Assembly (NCBI GenBank): GCA_963785725.1
Contig: CAWAWS010000018.1
Span: 32,001 to 96,000 of the forward strand
Direction of reading: 5' to 3'
Length of the DNA stretch: 64,000 bases
DNA from: an uncultured delta proteobacterium
GTDB taxonomy: Bacteria > Myxococcota_A > Polyangia > Palsa-1104
Positions within the stretch are counted from its first letter, which is position 1. Each line of letters starts with the position of its first letter. Positions 11,395-20,243 of the stretch are shown piece after piece. The position numbers and the translations under genes are program-made. The notes under the pieces were generated by a model. That model had not been told where the DNA came from and searched no databases. It worked only from the letters and a program-made list of their open reading frames with translations.

Positions 11395-12423
11395 CTAACG
11401 CGCGATCTGCACGTGGCGCTTACGCACCAGCGGATCGCCGGCGCGCGCCGCCCACTCGAAGTGTGCGGCAGCGTGCGAAGTCAGCGCGCGGTGCTGGCGG
11501 AAACGCCCGACGAACGGGCTGCGCCGCCACACGGTGACGCGCGCGTCGGCCACCTCGGTGTTGTGACAATAGGCCGGCTCGCCGTCGGGATCGACGTATT
11601 CGGCCATGATCATGTCGTCGGGCCGGCAGGTCAGCTCGGCCTCGATCTTCCACTCGGCGTTGGCGGCGTGCAGAAGATAGCGGCCCGTGCCGTAGTCGGA
11701 TCGCGCGAGCGGCAGCTGCCACAGCTCGCGGAAGTGCAGCTGCGCCGGCTCGTTGTCGACGACGAGCGAGATCAGGGTCAGCTTGGGGAGCACCAGCGGG
11801 CCGCGGCGCAAGCGCACCGACAGCGTCTCGAGCGCCGTCGTGCGATCGTCGTCGAAGCCGTTGCAGTGCGACCAGGCCCAGGAATAGGCGTGTTTCTTGC
11901 CCCACACGTGCGACTGGCCCAGCGGATCGCCCTCCAGCGCGTAGCGCTCGCCGTCGACGATGATCTCGCCGCGCACCGCGACGTTGAGGTTCGGCGCCAA
12001 CACCATCGTGTCCGCCAGGTTGGTCTTGTACAGCGGCGACGGCAGGTGCAAGTGCGCCTCGGTGGCCGGCGACCAGCGCAGATCCCACGCGATCTCGTGC
12101 CCTTCGCCGGCGAGGCGGCCGCGCGCGCTCGACGACGTCAGCTCGCCGTCGGCGATGCGGATGCGAAACGGCGTCGGCTCCTGGCGCAGCTCGGCGATGG
12201 CGAAGCGCTCGTTGACGCCGAAGGTGCGCTCGGGCCGATCGCGATCGAAGCGGGCGAACCACAGCTGCGCGTAGGGCTCGCCGTGACCCTCCGTCGGCGC
12301 TTCCAGCGTGTAGCGAATCCAAAAACCGGTGCGCGACGCGAGGTGATTGAGGGTGGCGTACCACACCTCGTAGTGGCCGCGCTGGAACTCCCAGCGCATG
12401 CGGTTGGCTTCGGCGACGTCCAT
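11395..12423 (-). CDS. Tocopherol-cyclase/AttH-like fold protein
   Basis: YEVWY N-terminal motif, IAWDL, GQSHVWGKKHAYSWAWSHCN; beta-rich and aromatic. Confidence 0.6.
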   Translation of the reverse strand: MDVAEANRMRWEFQRGHYEVWYATLNHLASRTGFWIRYTLEAPTEGHGEPYAQLWFARFDRDRPERTFGVNERFAIAELRQEPTPFRIRIADGELTSSSARGRLAGEGHEIAWDLRWSPATEAHLHLPSPLYKTNLADTMVLAPNLNVAVRGEIIVDGERYALEGDPLGQSHVWGKKHAYSWAWSHCNGFDDDRTTALETLSVRLRRGPLVLPKLTLISLVVDNEPAQLHFRELWQLPLARSDYGTGRYLLHAANAEWKIEAELTCRPDDMIMAEYVDPDGEPAYCHNTEVADARVTVWRRSPFVGRFRQHRALTSHAAAHFEWAARAGDPLVRKRHVQIAR

Positions 12424-12544
12424 GGCGCCATGCTACAAGAGATGCACCAACAGTGTCGCCTGGGTTGAGAGACGAGCGAGACGGAGCGCACGCCGATGAC
12501 GCTGCTGGTTGACGTAGTCCTCCACCACAGGGTTGAGCAACGAG

Positions 12545-13846
12545 ATGGCGACTGATCTGACTTGCGTGCTGGTCCCGGCGGGCCAGCTGGAACCTGCAGC
12601 GGTGCACGCGATCGTGCGCAAGAGCGGCCGACTGGCGGCGCTGGTGCGCGTCGCGCCCTTGCCGGCGCTGAGCCTGGTGCAGATCGAAGTGCACGATCTG
12701 CGGCGCGGCATGCCGTGCGAGGATCCCGAGCTCGTGGGCGCGTTCTCCAAAGGCGGGCGCGCCACGTTCGTGCACGTGAACCACACGGCCAAGCAGGCGA
12801 TGGTGCACGGCTTCATCGACGGCAAGCCCAACGAAGGCTTCGCCGGCGCGCCCGGCGACGACTTCATGGCGCGCCTCATCGCCGAAGCCGGCCACGCGCT
12901 CGACGCCATCACCGCCGCCGACGACGGGTCACGACTCGGCATCGGCATCGCGTCCACGCAAACGCACGCGCTCTTGAAGGGCCGCGCGCTGCACGTTCCC
13001 GTCGGCACGCCGACCGCGCTCGACTCCTTCGTGTTTCACGATCGCGGCCAGAAGCTCGACGAGGGCGCCGAGCGGCTCGCGTGGCTGGCGTTCGATCGCG
13101 CGCTGGCGTTCGGCGCGCCCGGCCGCGCGCTGGCGGCGATGATCGACGGCGCGCCCGCCGGCGCCTTCGGTCCGCTCGAGGGCGCGCGCGCCGAAGCCGT
13201 GGCTGCGCTGGCCGCGCTCGGCGAGCAGTCGCCGGCCGACGCCAAGCTGCAGAACGCGCGCGCCCTCGAGTTGTGCGCGTTCGCCGCGGCGATGGCGTTC
13301 GCGGGCGGCGATCAGCTGCGTTATTGGGACGAGCGGGTCTTGCCGCTGTTCGCCATCTGCGGCAAGCCGACGCCGCCCGCGCCCGTCCTCGACGCCGAAG
13401 AAGCGGACGAGATCGATCACGAAGAGACGCCGTTTCTGGAGGCGATGGTCGAGACCTTGCCGTTCGCCGCGCCGCCCGAAGGCGAAGGTCCGCTCCTGAC
13501 GCAGCTGGCGCCGGGCGAGCTCGGCCCGCTGGCGCCGTGGGCCGGCGGCGCCGCCGAGCATACGGGCGCGCTCTTCTCGCTGCGTCCCGAGCGGCTGTTG
13601 ACGCTCGTGCGCACGCTCGACGGCAAGCGGCTGACGGCGGCGATGGACTCGTTCGCGCACGCCTGGTATCGCGCGCTCCGGCCCGGGCAGCCCGAAGGCG
13701 ACGCGTTCAAGACGTGGCGGCAGGCCAAAGACGACGAAGGCCACGCCGATCTCGACCGCTTCGTGAACGACTGGGCCGAGCTGCGCGCCTGCCTCGAGAT
13801 CGCCGCCGCCAACCAGCTCGACGTCGCGCTGCTGTTTTACTCATGA
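12545..13846 (+). CDS. Hypothetical protein (433 aa)
   Basis: Long GC3-biased ORF; ATGA overlap with downstream NUDIX gene. Confidence 0.7.
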   Translation: MATDLTCVLVPAGQLEPAAVHAIVRKSGRLAALVRVAPLPALSLVQIEVHDLRRGMPCEDPELVGAFSKGGRATFVHVNHTAKQAMVHGFIDGKPNEGFAGAPGDDFMARLIAEAGHALDAITAADDGSRLGIGIASTQTHALLKGRALHVPVGTPTALDSFVFHDRGQKLDEGAERLAWLAFDRALAFGAPGRALAAMIDGAPAGAFGPLEGARAEAVAALAALGEQSPADAKLQNARALELCAFAAAMAFAGGDQLRYWDERVLPLFAICGKPTPPAPVLDAEEADEIDHEETPFLEAMVETLPFAAPPEGEGPLLTQLAPGELGPLAPWAGGAAEHTGALFSLRPERLLTLVRTLDGKRLTAAMDSFAHAWYRALRPGQPEGDAFKTWRQAKDDEGHADLDRFVNDWAELRACLEIAAANQLDVALLFYS

Positions 13847-14478
13847 GCGCGATCTTTCGCGGCTACAGCATCGTCAGCGACGAGCGCTTGCACGAAGGCG
13901 GCTTCCTCAACATTCGTCGCGTGCGGCTGCGCGTCCGCCGCGACGACGGCTCGCTCTCGGGCGAAGGCTTGTACGACTTCGTCGAGCGGCCGATGGGTCG
14001 CGACGCCGTCGTCGTCGTCTTGTGGCACCGCGCAGCCGACGGCGTGCAGGTCCTGTTGCGCACGGCGCCGCGCGTGCCTTTGTGGTTCCGCGATCCCGAC
14101 CTCGGCGCGCAGTTCGTCGAGGTCGTCGCCGGCATCCTCGAAAGAGGCGAAGAGGACTGGCCCGCGATCCAGCGACGCGCCGCCGCCGAAGCGTACGAGG
14201 AAGCGGGCATCGCCATCGCGCCCACGGCCGTCGAACGCTTGGGGCCGCCCGGGTTTCCGACTCCGGGCATGTTCTCCGAGCGCTTCTGGTTCGTCCGCGG
14301 CGAAGTGGTCGACCCGAGCGCCGCCGTCACGCCGCCGACCGATGGCTCGCCGTTCGAAGAGGGCGCGACCGTCGCTTGGCATCCGCTCGCCGCCGCGCTC
14401 GCCGACTGTGACGCCGGCCGCATCCCCGACTTGAAGACGGAGCTGGCGTTGCGGCGGCTGGCGGCTACGCTCGGCTGA
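13843..14478 (+). CDS. NUDIX hydrolase (ADP-ribose pyrophosphatase-like)
   Basis: Nudix box EVVAGILERGE...AAAEAYEEAGI, PTPGMFSE, IPDLKT. Confidence 0.88.
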   Translation: MSAIFRGYSIVSDERLHEGGFLNIRRVRLRVRRDDGSLSGEGLYDFVERPMGRDAVVVVLWHRAADGVQVLLRTAPRVPLWFRDPDLGAQFVEVVAGILERGEEDWPAIQRRAAAEAYEEAGIAIAPTAVERLGPPGFPTPGMFSERFWFVRGEVVDPSAAVTPPTDGSPFEEGATVAWHPLAAALADCDAGRIPDLKTELALRRLAATLG

Positions 14479-14987
14479 TGCGCGGCGACGACGGCGATCC
14501 CTATCGTTCGCCACCCGTCGATCCGCAGTTCGTCTGCCTCGTCTGCTTTCGCTCGTTGTCGGTGCAGCCGGGCGAATGTCCGGCCTGCGGCGTGCCCCGC
14601 TTGGCGCTGGCGAACCCCGAAGTGCGCGACGAGCTGCGCGCCGAAGCCGAGCGCCGCGTGCAAGCCCGCGTCTACGGCGAGTGGTTCTGGTGCTATCTGG
14701 TCGCGTTTCTCGTCACGACGCCGATGGGCTTCCTCGGCGGCGATCTGTGGCGTCGTCTCGTCCTGTGGATCATCAGCGCCATGCTGGTCGGCGGCGCCAA
14801 CGTCAAGATCTACGAGAGCCTGGCGCCACGCTCGATGCTGCGGCTGTTCGCCGATCGTCGGCGCCGCCTGTTGCCGCCGGCGGCCGACGCGCCCAAGCTC
14901 CTGCCCGCGCACGCCGAAGATGGCGAAGACGCCGACGTTCGCCGCCTCCTGCAGCTGCTCGGCGCCAAAAAAGACGACGGTAAATAA
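14478..14987 (+). CDS. Zinc-ribbon membrane protein
   Basis: CLVC-x9-CPAC followed by two hydrophobic segments; TGATG overlap. Confidence 0.7.
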   Translation: MRGDDGDPYRSPPVDPQFVCLVCFRSLSVQPGECPACGVPRLALANPEVRDELRAEAERRVQARVYGEWFWCYLVAFLVTTPMGFLGGDLWRRLVLWIISAMLVGGANVKIYESLAPRSMLRLFADRRRRLLPPAADAPKLLPAHAEDGEDADVRRLLQLLGAKKDDGK

Positions 14988-14991
14988 GTCG

Positions 14992-16074
14992 TTACGGATG
15001 AGGATGGACGGCGACGATCCAGTTGCCCGCCTGCTCCATCACGACCACGAGGCCCATCGGCGTGTCGCGCACGAAGCCGCGATCGTCGCGCTGCCAGCTG
15101 AGCGATCGCATGGTCATGGTCGCCGGCTTGGTCGTCTTCAGCTGCGCGATGTACTGGACGCCGCTCGAGCCCGCCGGAATCGGCTGCCCGGCGACGATGG
15201 CGTCGACCACGCGCGTCGCGTCGCGCTTCTCCTCGGCGTTGTCGCCTTGCAGCGGCCCGAATGCGAGCGCGCGATCGCCGAGCACGAGGAAGCTCATCAG
15301 CGCCGAGACGACGAGCTGCGGATCGTCGGGGCCTTTGCTCGCGGGAATCAACAGCGCGGCGCCGGCAAAGCCGCGCGGCTCGGCGCTCCAGTCGGGCCGC
15401 TTGCCGTCGCGGAAGGCGACGAGCGCGCGACAAAAGAAGAACTGCGGCTGCGTCGGGCAGCGGATGAGGCTGCCGACGAGCGCCAGCTCCTCTTCGCGCA
15501 GGTCGGCGGCCATGACGTTGGGCGGCTGGCCGGGCACGAGCTGCGCCTCTAGCGCGCCGAAGAGCGTCTCGGCGTCGGTGCGCGCGCGTAACAGCGCGTC
15601 GGGCGTCTCGTTGGTCGAGTAGTGCAGCTCCAGCCACTTTCCGGCGACGAGCGTCTCGATGTAGATCTCGCGCCTGAAGATTCCGGGAACGAGCTGCGTC
15701 GTGAAGGTCAGCTCGCCCGCGGCCTTGCCGGCGACATGCTCGCGCTCGAGGACGATGACGTTGCCGCGCTCGCTGTAGCCTTTGACGCACTGCTGGATGA
15801 GCTCGTCGAGCACGTTGGTCGGCGCGTCGTCGACGAGGAGCGAGAGGTCGCGGTCCGGCTCGGCGTGCAGCTGCGCCAGGCGAACGTAGGTGCCGCGCAG
15901 GACGCCTTCGCCGAGCACCTGCGTCCAGCCGGGCGCGTCGAGCGTGACCTCGAGGCCGCCGCCGTGCAGCGTTTGGCGCGCGGGGCCGGCTTTGGGGGCG
16001 CCGCCGACCGTCGCGCAGCCGCTGATGAAGATGAACGACGCGAATAAGCAGGAGATCGACGCGAGGCGAGGCAC
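14992..16074 (-). CDS. Hypothetical lipoprotein
   Basis: Lipobox ISGC after hydrophobic stretch; TACAAT 6 nt upstream of GTG. Confidence 0.72.
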   Translation of the reverse strand: MPRLASISCLFASFIFISGCATVGGAPKAGPARQTLHGGGLEVTLDAPGWTQVLGEGVLRGTYVRLAQLHAEPDRDLSLLVDDAPTNVLDELIQQCVKGYSERGNVIVLEREHVAGKAAGELTFTTQLVPGIFRREIYIETLVAGKWLELHYSTNETPDALLRARTDAETLFGALEAQLVPGQPPNVMAADLREEELALVGSLIRCPTQPQFFFCRALVAFRDGKRPDWSAEPRGFAGAALLIPASKGPDDPQLVVSALMSFLVLGDRALAFGPLQGDNAEEKRDATRVVDAIVAGQPIPAGSSGVQYIAQLKTTKPATMTMRSLSWQRDDRGFVRDTPMGLVVVMEQAGNWIVAVHPHP

Positions 16075-16096
16075 GCGCCGATTGTACCCGAAGCAG

Positions 16097-17842
16097 CTAG
16101 CGCGACAGCAGGAACGCCACGAGCGCTTCGGCGATCGCGTCTTGCGCCTTGCGCGCCTTTTGCGTCGACGGCTCGGGCACGTCGTTCATGAAGATCGCGA
16201 ACGCCAGCGGCGGATGGCCGGGCGCACCCGCGTAGCCGGCCAGGCACGACACGCCGGCCAGCGTGCCCGTCTTGGCGCGCACGTAGCGCTCGGCCAAGCC
16301 GCCCTCCATGCGATGCGACACCGTGCCGTCGGCGCCGGCCAGCGCCAACGAGCCGATGAAGTCGGCGGCGAAGCGGAAATCCTTGTAGGCGAAGCGCAAC
16401 AGCGTCACCAGCTGCAGCGGCGAGAACAGGTTCGACGCGTACAGGCCCGAGCCGTTGGTCATCTTGTACTTGTCGCGGCCGATGCCGAGGCGCTCGCCCA
16501 AGAAGCCGGCGACGGCGTCGAGCCCCTTTTGCCACGTGCCGGGCCGACCGCCGGTCTCGGCGCCGAGCGTCTTCAAGATCTGCTCGGCCATGAAGTTGTT
16601 GGAGTGCTTGTTGACGTCGCGCACGATGACGCCGAGCGGCTGCGAATAATGCGCGCTTAGCGCTTTGGCGGTCGTCGGCGCCGTGTCGCGCACGACGTTG
16701 CCGGAAATCTTGATCCCGCGCCGCGACAACAGCTCGCGAAACGCATAGGCGGCGTAGAGATCGGGATGCGCCACGCGCCGGAGCTGCACTTGCCCCGGGT
16801 CGCCGACGCGAATGCGGCCGCGCACGACGATCTCGGTGTGATCGGCCGCCTCGTGCGACTCGACGGTCACGAGCGTGCGGCCATTGGCGACGGTGCGCGC
16901 CTCGTTGACGATGGTGAAGTAGGGCGTCTGCGGATCGAGGATGACGCGCGCCGGCGCCGCCTCGTCCGCGCCCGGATAGACGTGCACGCCGACCGCGTTG
17001 TAGTTGAGCGACAAGGCGCCGTTGGGCGCGCGAAACGGCGCGTCCTCGTTCTTCTGCTCGAAGCCGGGACCGACGCGCACGGCGTCGAAGAAGCTGTCGT
17101 CGACGGCCAGGTCGCCGCTCACTTTGCGCAGCCCGCCCGCGTACAGGTCGCTCACCATCTTCCACAGATCTTCGACGACCAGCGACGGATCGCCGTGACC
17201 TTTGATGTACAGCTTGCCCTTGAGCTCGCCACCCGACGGCGGTGTCTCGGCGTAGACCACCGTCTTCCAGCGATATTCCGGGCCCAAGGTCGCCAGCGCC
17301 GCCGCCGTCGTGAACAGCTTGACGTTCGAGGCGGCGTTGAAGAGGCCGCCGTCGTTGCGCTCGTACAAGAGCTTGCCGCTGTCCACTTCCTCGACGGCGA
17401 TGCCGATCTTGGCGGTGCCCAAGCTGGAGTCGTTGAGCGCGGCGTCGATTTGATCTTTGAGCCACTTGCCGCGCTCGGCTGTCGTGCTCGTCGGCGCAGG
17501 CGAGACGGGCGTGGGTGCGAACTTGCCCGCTTTGGCGTCGCCACCCTCGGGCAGCTCGGCCGGCTTCGGCGCCGCCGCGATCGCCGTCGTCGTCGCCGGC
17601 TTGGCCGCGGCATCCGACGTCGCCGGCTTGGCCGCGGCATCCGACGTCGCCGGTTTGGCCGCCGGAACGGCTACGGCCGCAGCCGGTTTGACCGCTGGTG
17701 CAGCGGCCGTTTTGGCGGCCGGCGCTTTGGTGGCGGTCGTCGCCGCCGCGCCTGCGTCGCGCGCGCCGGCGTCGGGAACTTGCGCGTACGCCACCGATGC
17801 GCTCAGGCTTACGAGCAGAATCGGCAACGCAGACCGTGACAT
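16097..17842 (-). CDS. dacB: D-alanyl-D-alanine carboxypeptidase/endopeptidase (PBP4, peptidase S13)
   Basis: ASNVK (SxxK), GHGDPSL, SNN, NGSGL, AKTGTL; Ala/Lys/Pro-rich N-terminal linker. Confidence 0.94.
   Translation of the reverse strand: MSRSALPILLVSLSASVAYAQVPDAGARDAGAAATTATKAPAAKTAAAPAVKPAAAVAVPAAKPATSDAAAKPATSDAAAKPATTTAIAAAPKPAELPEGGDAKAGKFAPTPVSPAPTSTTAERGKWLKDQIDAALNDSSLGTAKIGIAVEEVDSGKLLYERNDGGLFNAASNVKLFTTAAALATLGPEYRWKTVVYAETPPSGGELKGKLYIKGHGDPSLVVEDLWKMVSDLYAGGLRKVSGDLAVDDSFFDAVRVGPGFEQKNEDAPFRAPNGALSLNYNAVGVHVYPGADEAAPARVILDPQTPYFTIVNEARTVANGRTLVTVESHEAADHTEIVVRGRIRVGDPGQVQLRRVAHPDLYAAYAFRELLSRRGIKISGNVVRDTAPTTAKALSAHYSQPLGVIVRDVNKHSNNFMAEQILKTLGAETGGRPGTWQKGLDAVAGFLGERLGIGRDKYKMTNGSGLYASNLFSPLQLVTLLRFAYKDFRFAADFIGSLALAGADGTVSHRMEGGLAERYVRAKTGTLAGVSCLAGYAGAPGHPPLAFAIFMNDVPEPSTQKARKAQDAIAEALVAFLLSR
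17591..17662. repeat. 27-bp tandem repeat (about 2.7 copies) in dacB linker
   Basis: CGTCGCCGGCTTGGCCGCGGCATCCGA at 17591 and 17618, partial at 17645; encodes AAKPATSDA. Confidence 0.85.
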
Positions 17843-19449
17843 CGACCAAAAATAGCAGGCGCGCGATCGGGCTGCCACTTCTCACCGTCGTGACCTTGGC
17901 CATGACGACGTCTTGCGGCAGCGGTCGCGTGCCCGACGACACGCTCGTGGTGCTCATCGAGACGCCGCCGCTGTCGATCGATCCGCGTTACGCCATCAAC
18001 GCCTACGACTTCAAGATCGGCCGCGTCGTCTATGCGCCGCTGGTGTCATCGGACACGGCGACGACCGATCTGCAGATGGAGCTGGCGGAGTCGGTCGTGG
18101 CCAGCCCGACGACGGCGGACGGCGGCAACGACTGGCTGGTGACGCTGCGCGACGCCCGCTTCTCCGACGGCAAAGCGGTCAGCAGCGACGACATCTTGTA
18201 CACCTTCGAGCGGCTGCGCGATCCCAAGACCGGCGGCGCCGCGGCGCGACTGCGCAATTCCTTCCGCGAGGCGGGCCTGACCGACATCAGCGCGCCCGAC
18301 GACAAGCACATCCTGTTTCACCTGACGCGTCCCTACGCCTCGTTCGTGGCCGATTTGAACGTCGGCATCATGGAGCGGCCGCAGCCGGGCGTGCCCGAAG
18401 GCGAATTCCCCATCGGCGCCGGCGCGTTTTCGTTCGTCGAGCGCAAAGGCGAGACCTGGACGTTCGCCGCCAATCCCTACTACTTCGGCGGCAAACCACG
18501 GGTGAAGCGGCTCGTCTTCAAGACCATCCGCGACGACAACTCGCGGCTTTTGGCGCTCGTCGGCGGCTCCGGCGATCTGACGCAGAACACGATTTCGCAG
18601 CTGCTCGTCGACGCCGTGGCCGAGCAGCCGCGCCTCAAAGTGGTGCCCGGGCGCTCGTCGGTCTACACCTATCTCGGCGTCAACAATGAAGATCCGATCC
18701 TAAAAGACGTTCGCGTGCGGCAGGCGATCGCGCTCGGCATCGATCGCGCGACGATCGTCCACACGACCTTGCACGACCACGCGGTCTTGGCGACGGGCAT
18801 GCTGCCGACGTTTCATTGGGCCTACGCCGCCGACGTCGACCACTACGACTTCGATCCGGCGCGCGCCAAGCAGCTGCTCGACGCCGCCGGCTATCCCGAT
18901 CCCGACGGCGACGGCCCGCTGCCGCGCTTCACGGTGACGCTCAAGTCGTCGTCGAACAAGCTGCGCGTCGCCATCGCCACCGTCGTCGCCGATCAGCTGC
19001 GCAAGATCGGCATCGGGGTCGACCTGCGCGTCTACGAGTTCGCCACCTTCTTCGTCGACATCAAGAAGGGCAACTTCCAGCTCTTCATCATGCAGATCCC
19101 CGAGATCGCCGAGCCCAACTTGTACAACGTCTTCTTCGCCAGCAATCGCATTCCGACGCGCGACAACTTGGACGCCGGCGGCAATCGCACGCGCTATCGC
19201 TCGGCCGAGCTCGACCAGCTGCTCGTGGACGGCCGGCGCGAGCTCGATCGCGAAAAGCGCAAGCTCATCTATCGGCGGATTCAGCAGATCTTGGCGCGCG
19301 ACGTGCCCGTCGTCAGCTTGTGGCACGAGGACAACTTGGTGGCCATGCGCAAGGTCGTCGACGGCTACGAGATCTGGCCGACGACGTCGATGTCCTCGCT
19401 CGCGAAGACCGGCAAGACGCCGGCAAACCCGCGACGGACGAGTCCTTAG
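17836..19449 (+). CDS. ABC transporter substrate-binding lipoprotein, family 5 (peptide/nickel)
   Basis: Lipobox TTSC; IDPR, FSDG..VSSDDILYTF, PIGAGAF, DVRVRQAI, QQILARDVPVV; start uncertain. Confidence 0.88.
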   Translation: MTSTKNSRRAIGLPLLTVVTLAMTTSCGSGRVPDDTLVVLIETPPLSIDPRYAINAYDFKIGRVVYAPLVSSDTATTDLQMELAESVVASPTTADGGNDWLVTLRDARFSDGKAVSSDDILYTFERLRDPKTGGAAARLRNSFREAGLTDISAPDDKHILFHLTRPYASFVADLNVGIMERPQPGVPEGEFPIGAGAFSFVERKGETWTFAANPYYFGGKPRVKRLVFKTIRDDNSRLLALVGGSGDLTQNTISQLLVDAVAEQPRLKVVPGRSSVYTYLGVNNEDPILKDVRVRQAIALGIDRATIVHTTLHDHAVLATGMLPTFHWAYAADVDHYDFDPARAKQLLDAAGYPDPDGDGPLPRFTVTLKSSSNKLRVAIATVVADQLRKIGIGVDLRVYEFATFFVDIKKGNFQLFIMQIPEIAEPNLYNVFFASNRIPTRDNLDAGGNRTRYRSAELDQLLVDGRRELDREKRKLIYRRIQQILARDVPVVSLWHEDNLVAMRKVVDGYEIWPTTSMSSLAKTGKTPANPRRTSP

Positions 19450-19988
19450 AACGGCGCGCTGGCGCTGGAGGCGCCGCCGGTGTCGGGCGACAGGCCGCCG
19501 CCGGACGACGACGTCTGGCGGCGATGATGCGAGATGGTGAGCGCGAGCGGAATGCCGACGAAGCGCAGGCCGAGCCCGGCGTCGTCGCGACGGACGACCT
19601 CGGCGCCGAATTGCCACTGCCGGTAGGTCGCGGCCACGCCTTCGTCGTCGGTGGCAGCGGGCTCCTCCGAGATGCGCACGACCACGCGCGCGCCGATGGG
19701 CAGCACGAGATCGGTGGCGACGAACATGCCGTCGGCCGAGATGTTGCGCGCCTGACCGCCGCCGCCGGCGACGTCGACCTCGACGTCGATCGGCAGGCGA
19801 ATCTGCTCGCGATGCTTCCACGGCAGCCGGCGCCGATTGGCGTCATGGGTGAACTGCCGCGTCAGCTCGTCGATACGCAGCTGATCTTCTTCCGCCAGCA
19901 CGTAGCCGAGACGATCGCGCTTGCCCAAGAGCACCCGATACTCAGCCGCGCGGCGGACCCACTCCATCGATGATTCATCCGTGCGCAT
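19446..19988 (-). CDS. PilZ domain protein
   Basis: REQIR (RxxxR) and NISADG (NxSxxG) c-di-GMP motifs; GLGLRF end. Confidence 0.82.
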   Translation of the reverse strand: MRTDESSMEWVRRAAEYRVLLGKRDRLGYVLAEEDQLRIDELTRQFTHDANRRRLPWKHREQIRLPIDVEVDVAGGGGQARNISADGMFVATDLVLPIGARVVVRISEEPAATDDEGVAATYRQWQFGAEVVRRDDAGLGLRFVGIPLALTISHHRRQTSSSGGGLSPDTGGASSASAPF

Positions 19989-20008
19989 GGCTCGTATCCC
20001 TTCGAGCT

Positions 20009-20024
20009 AGCAATGCCCGTACCG
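20009..20024 (-). promoter_or_regulatory. sigma54 (-24/-12) promoter of PilZ gene
   Basis: CGGTACG-GGCA-TTGCT, GG-N10-GC spacing, 20 nt upstream of ATG. Confidence 0.6.
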
Positions 20025-20243
20025 CTCTCCGACGCAGCTGCCGGCGGTGGCATTCATTGGAATCTACGCGCGCCCAAAGCGCTAGTTTCCCGCTAGCGGT
20101 ATAATTTTCCGGCAGGCCGGAGACATTTGCCGTCGGTTTTTGAGCACCGCTGTGGCATTTCGGTCATAGCCGGCGCCTGCAGGAGCCGGCGAGCGCGCTA
20201 GGTGACGCCTCGCGTTCGCGTGCTACCTTTGCCCGCAAACGTC

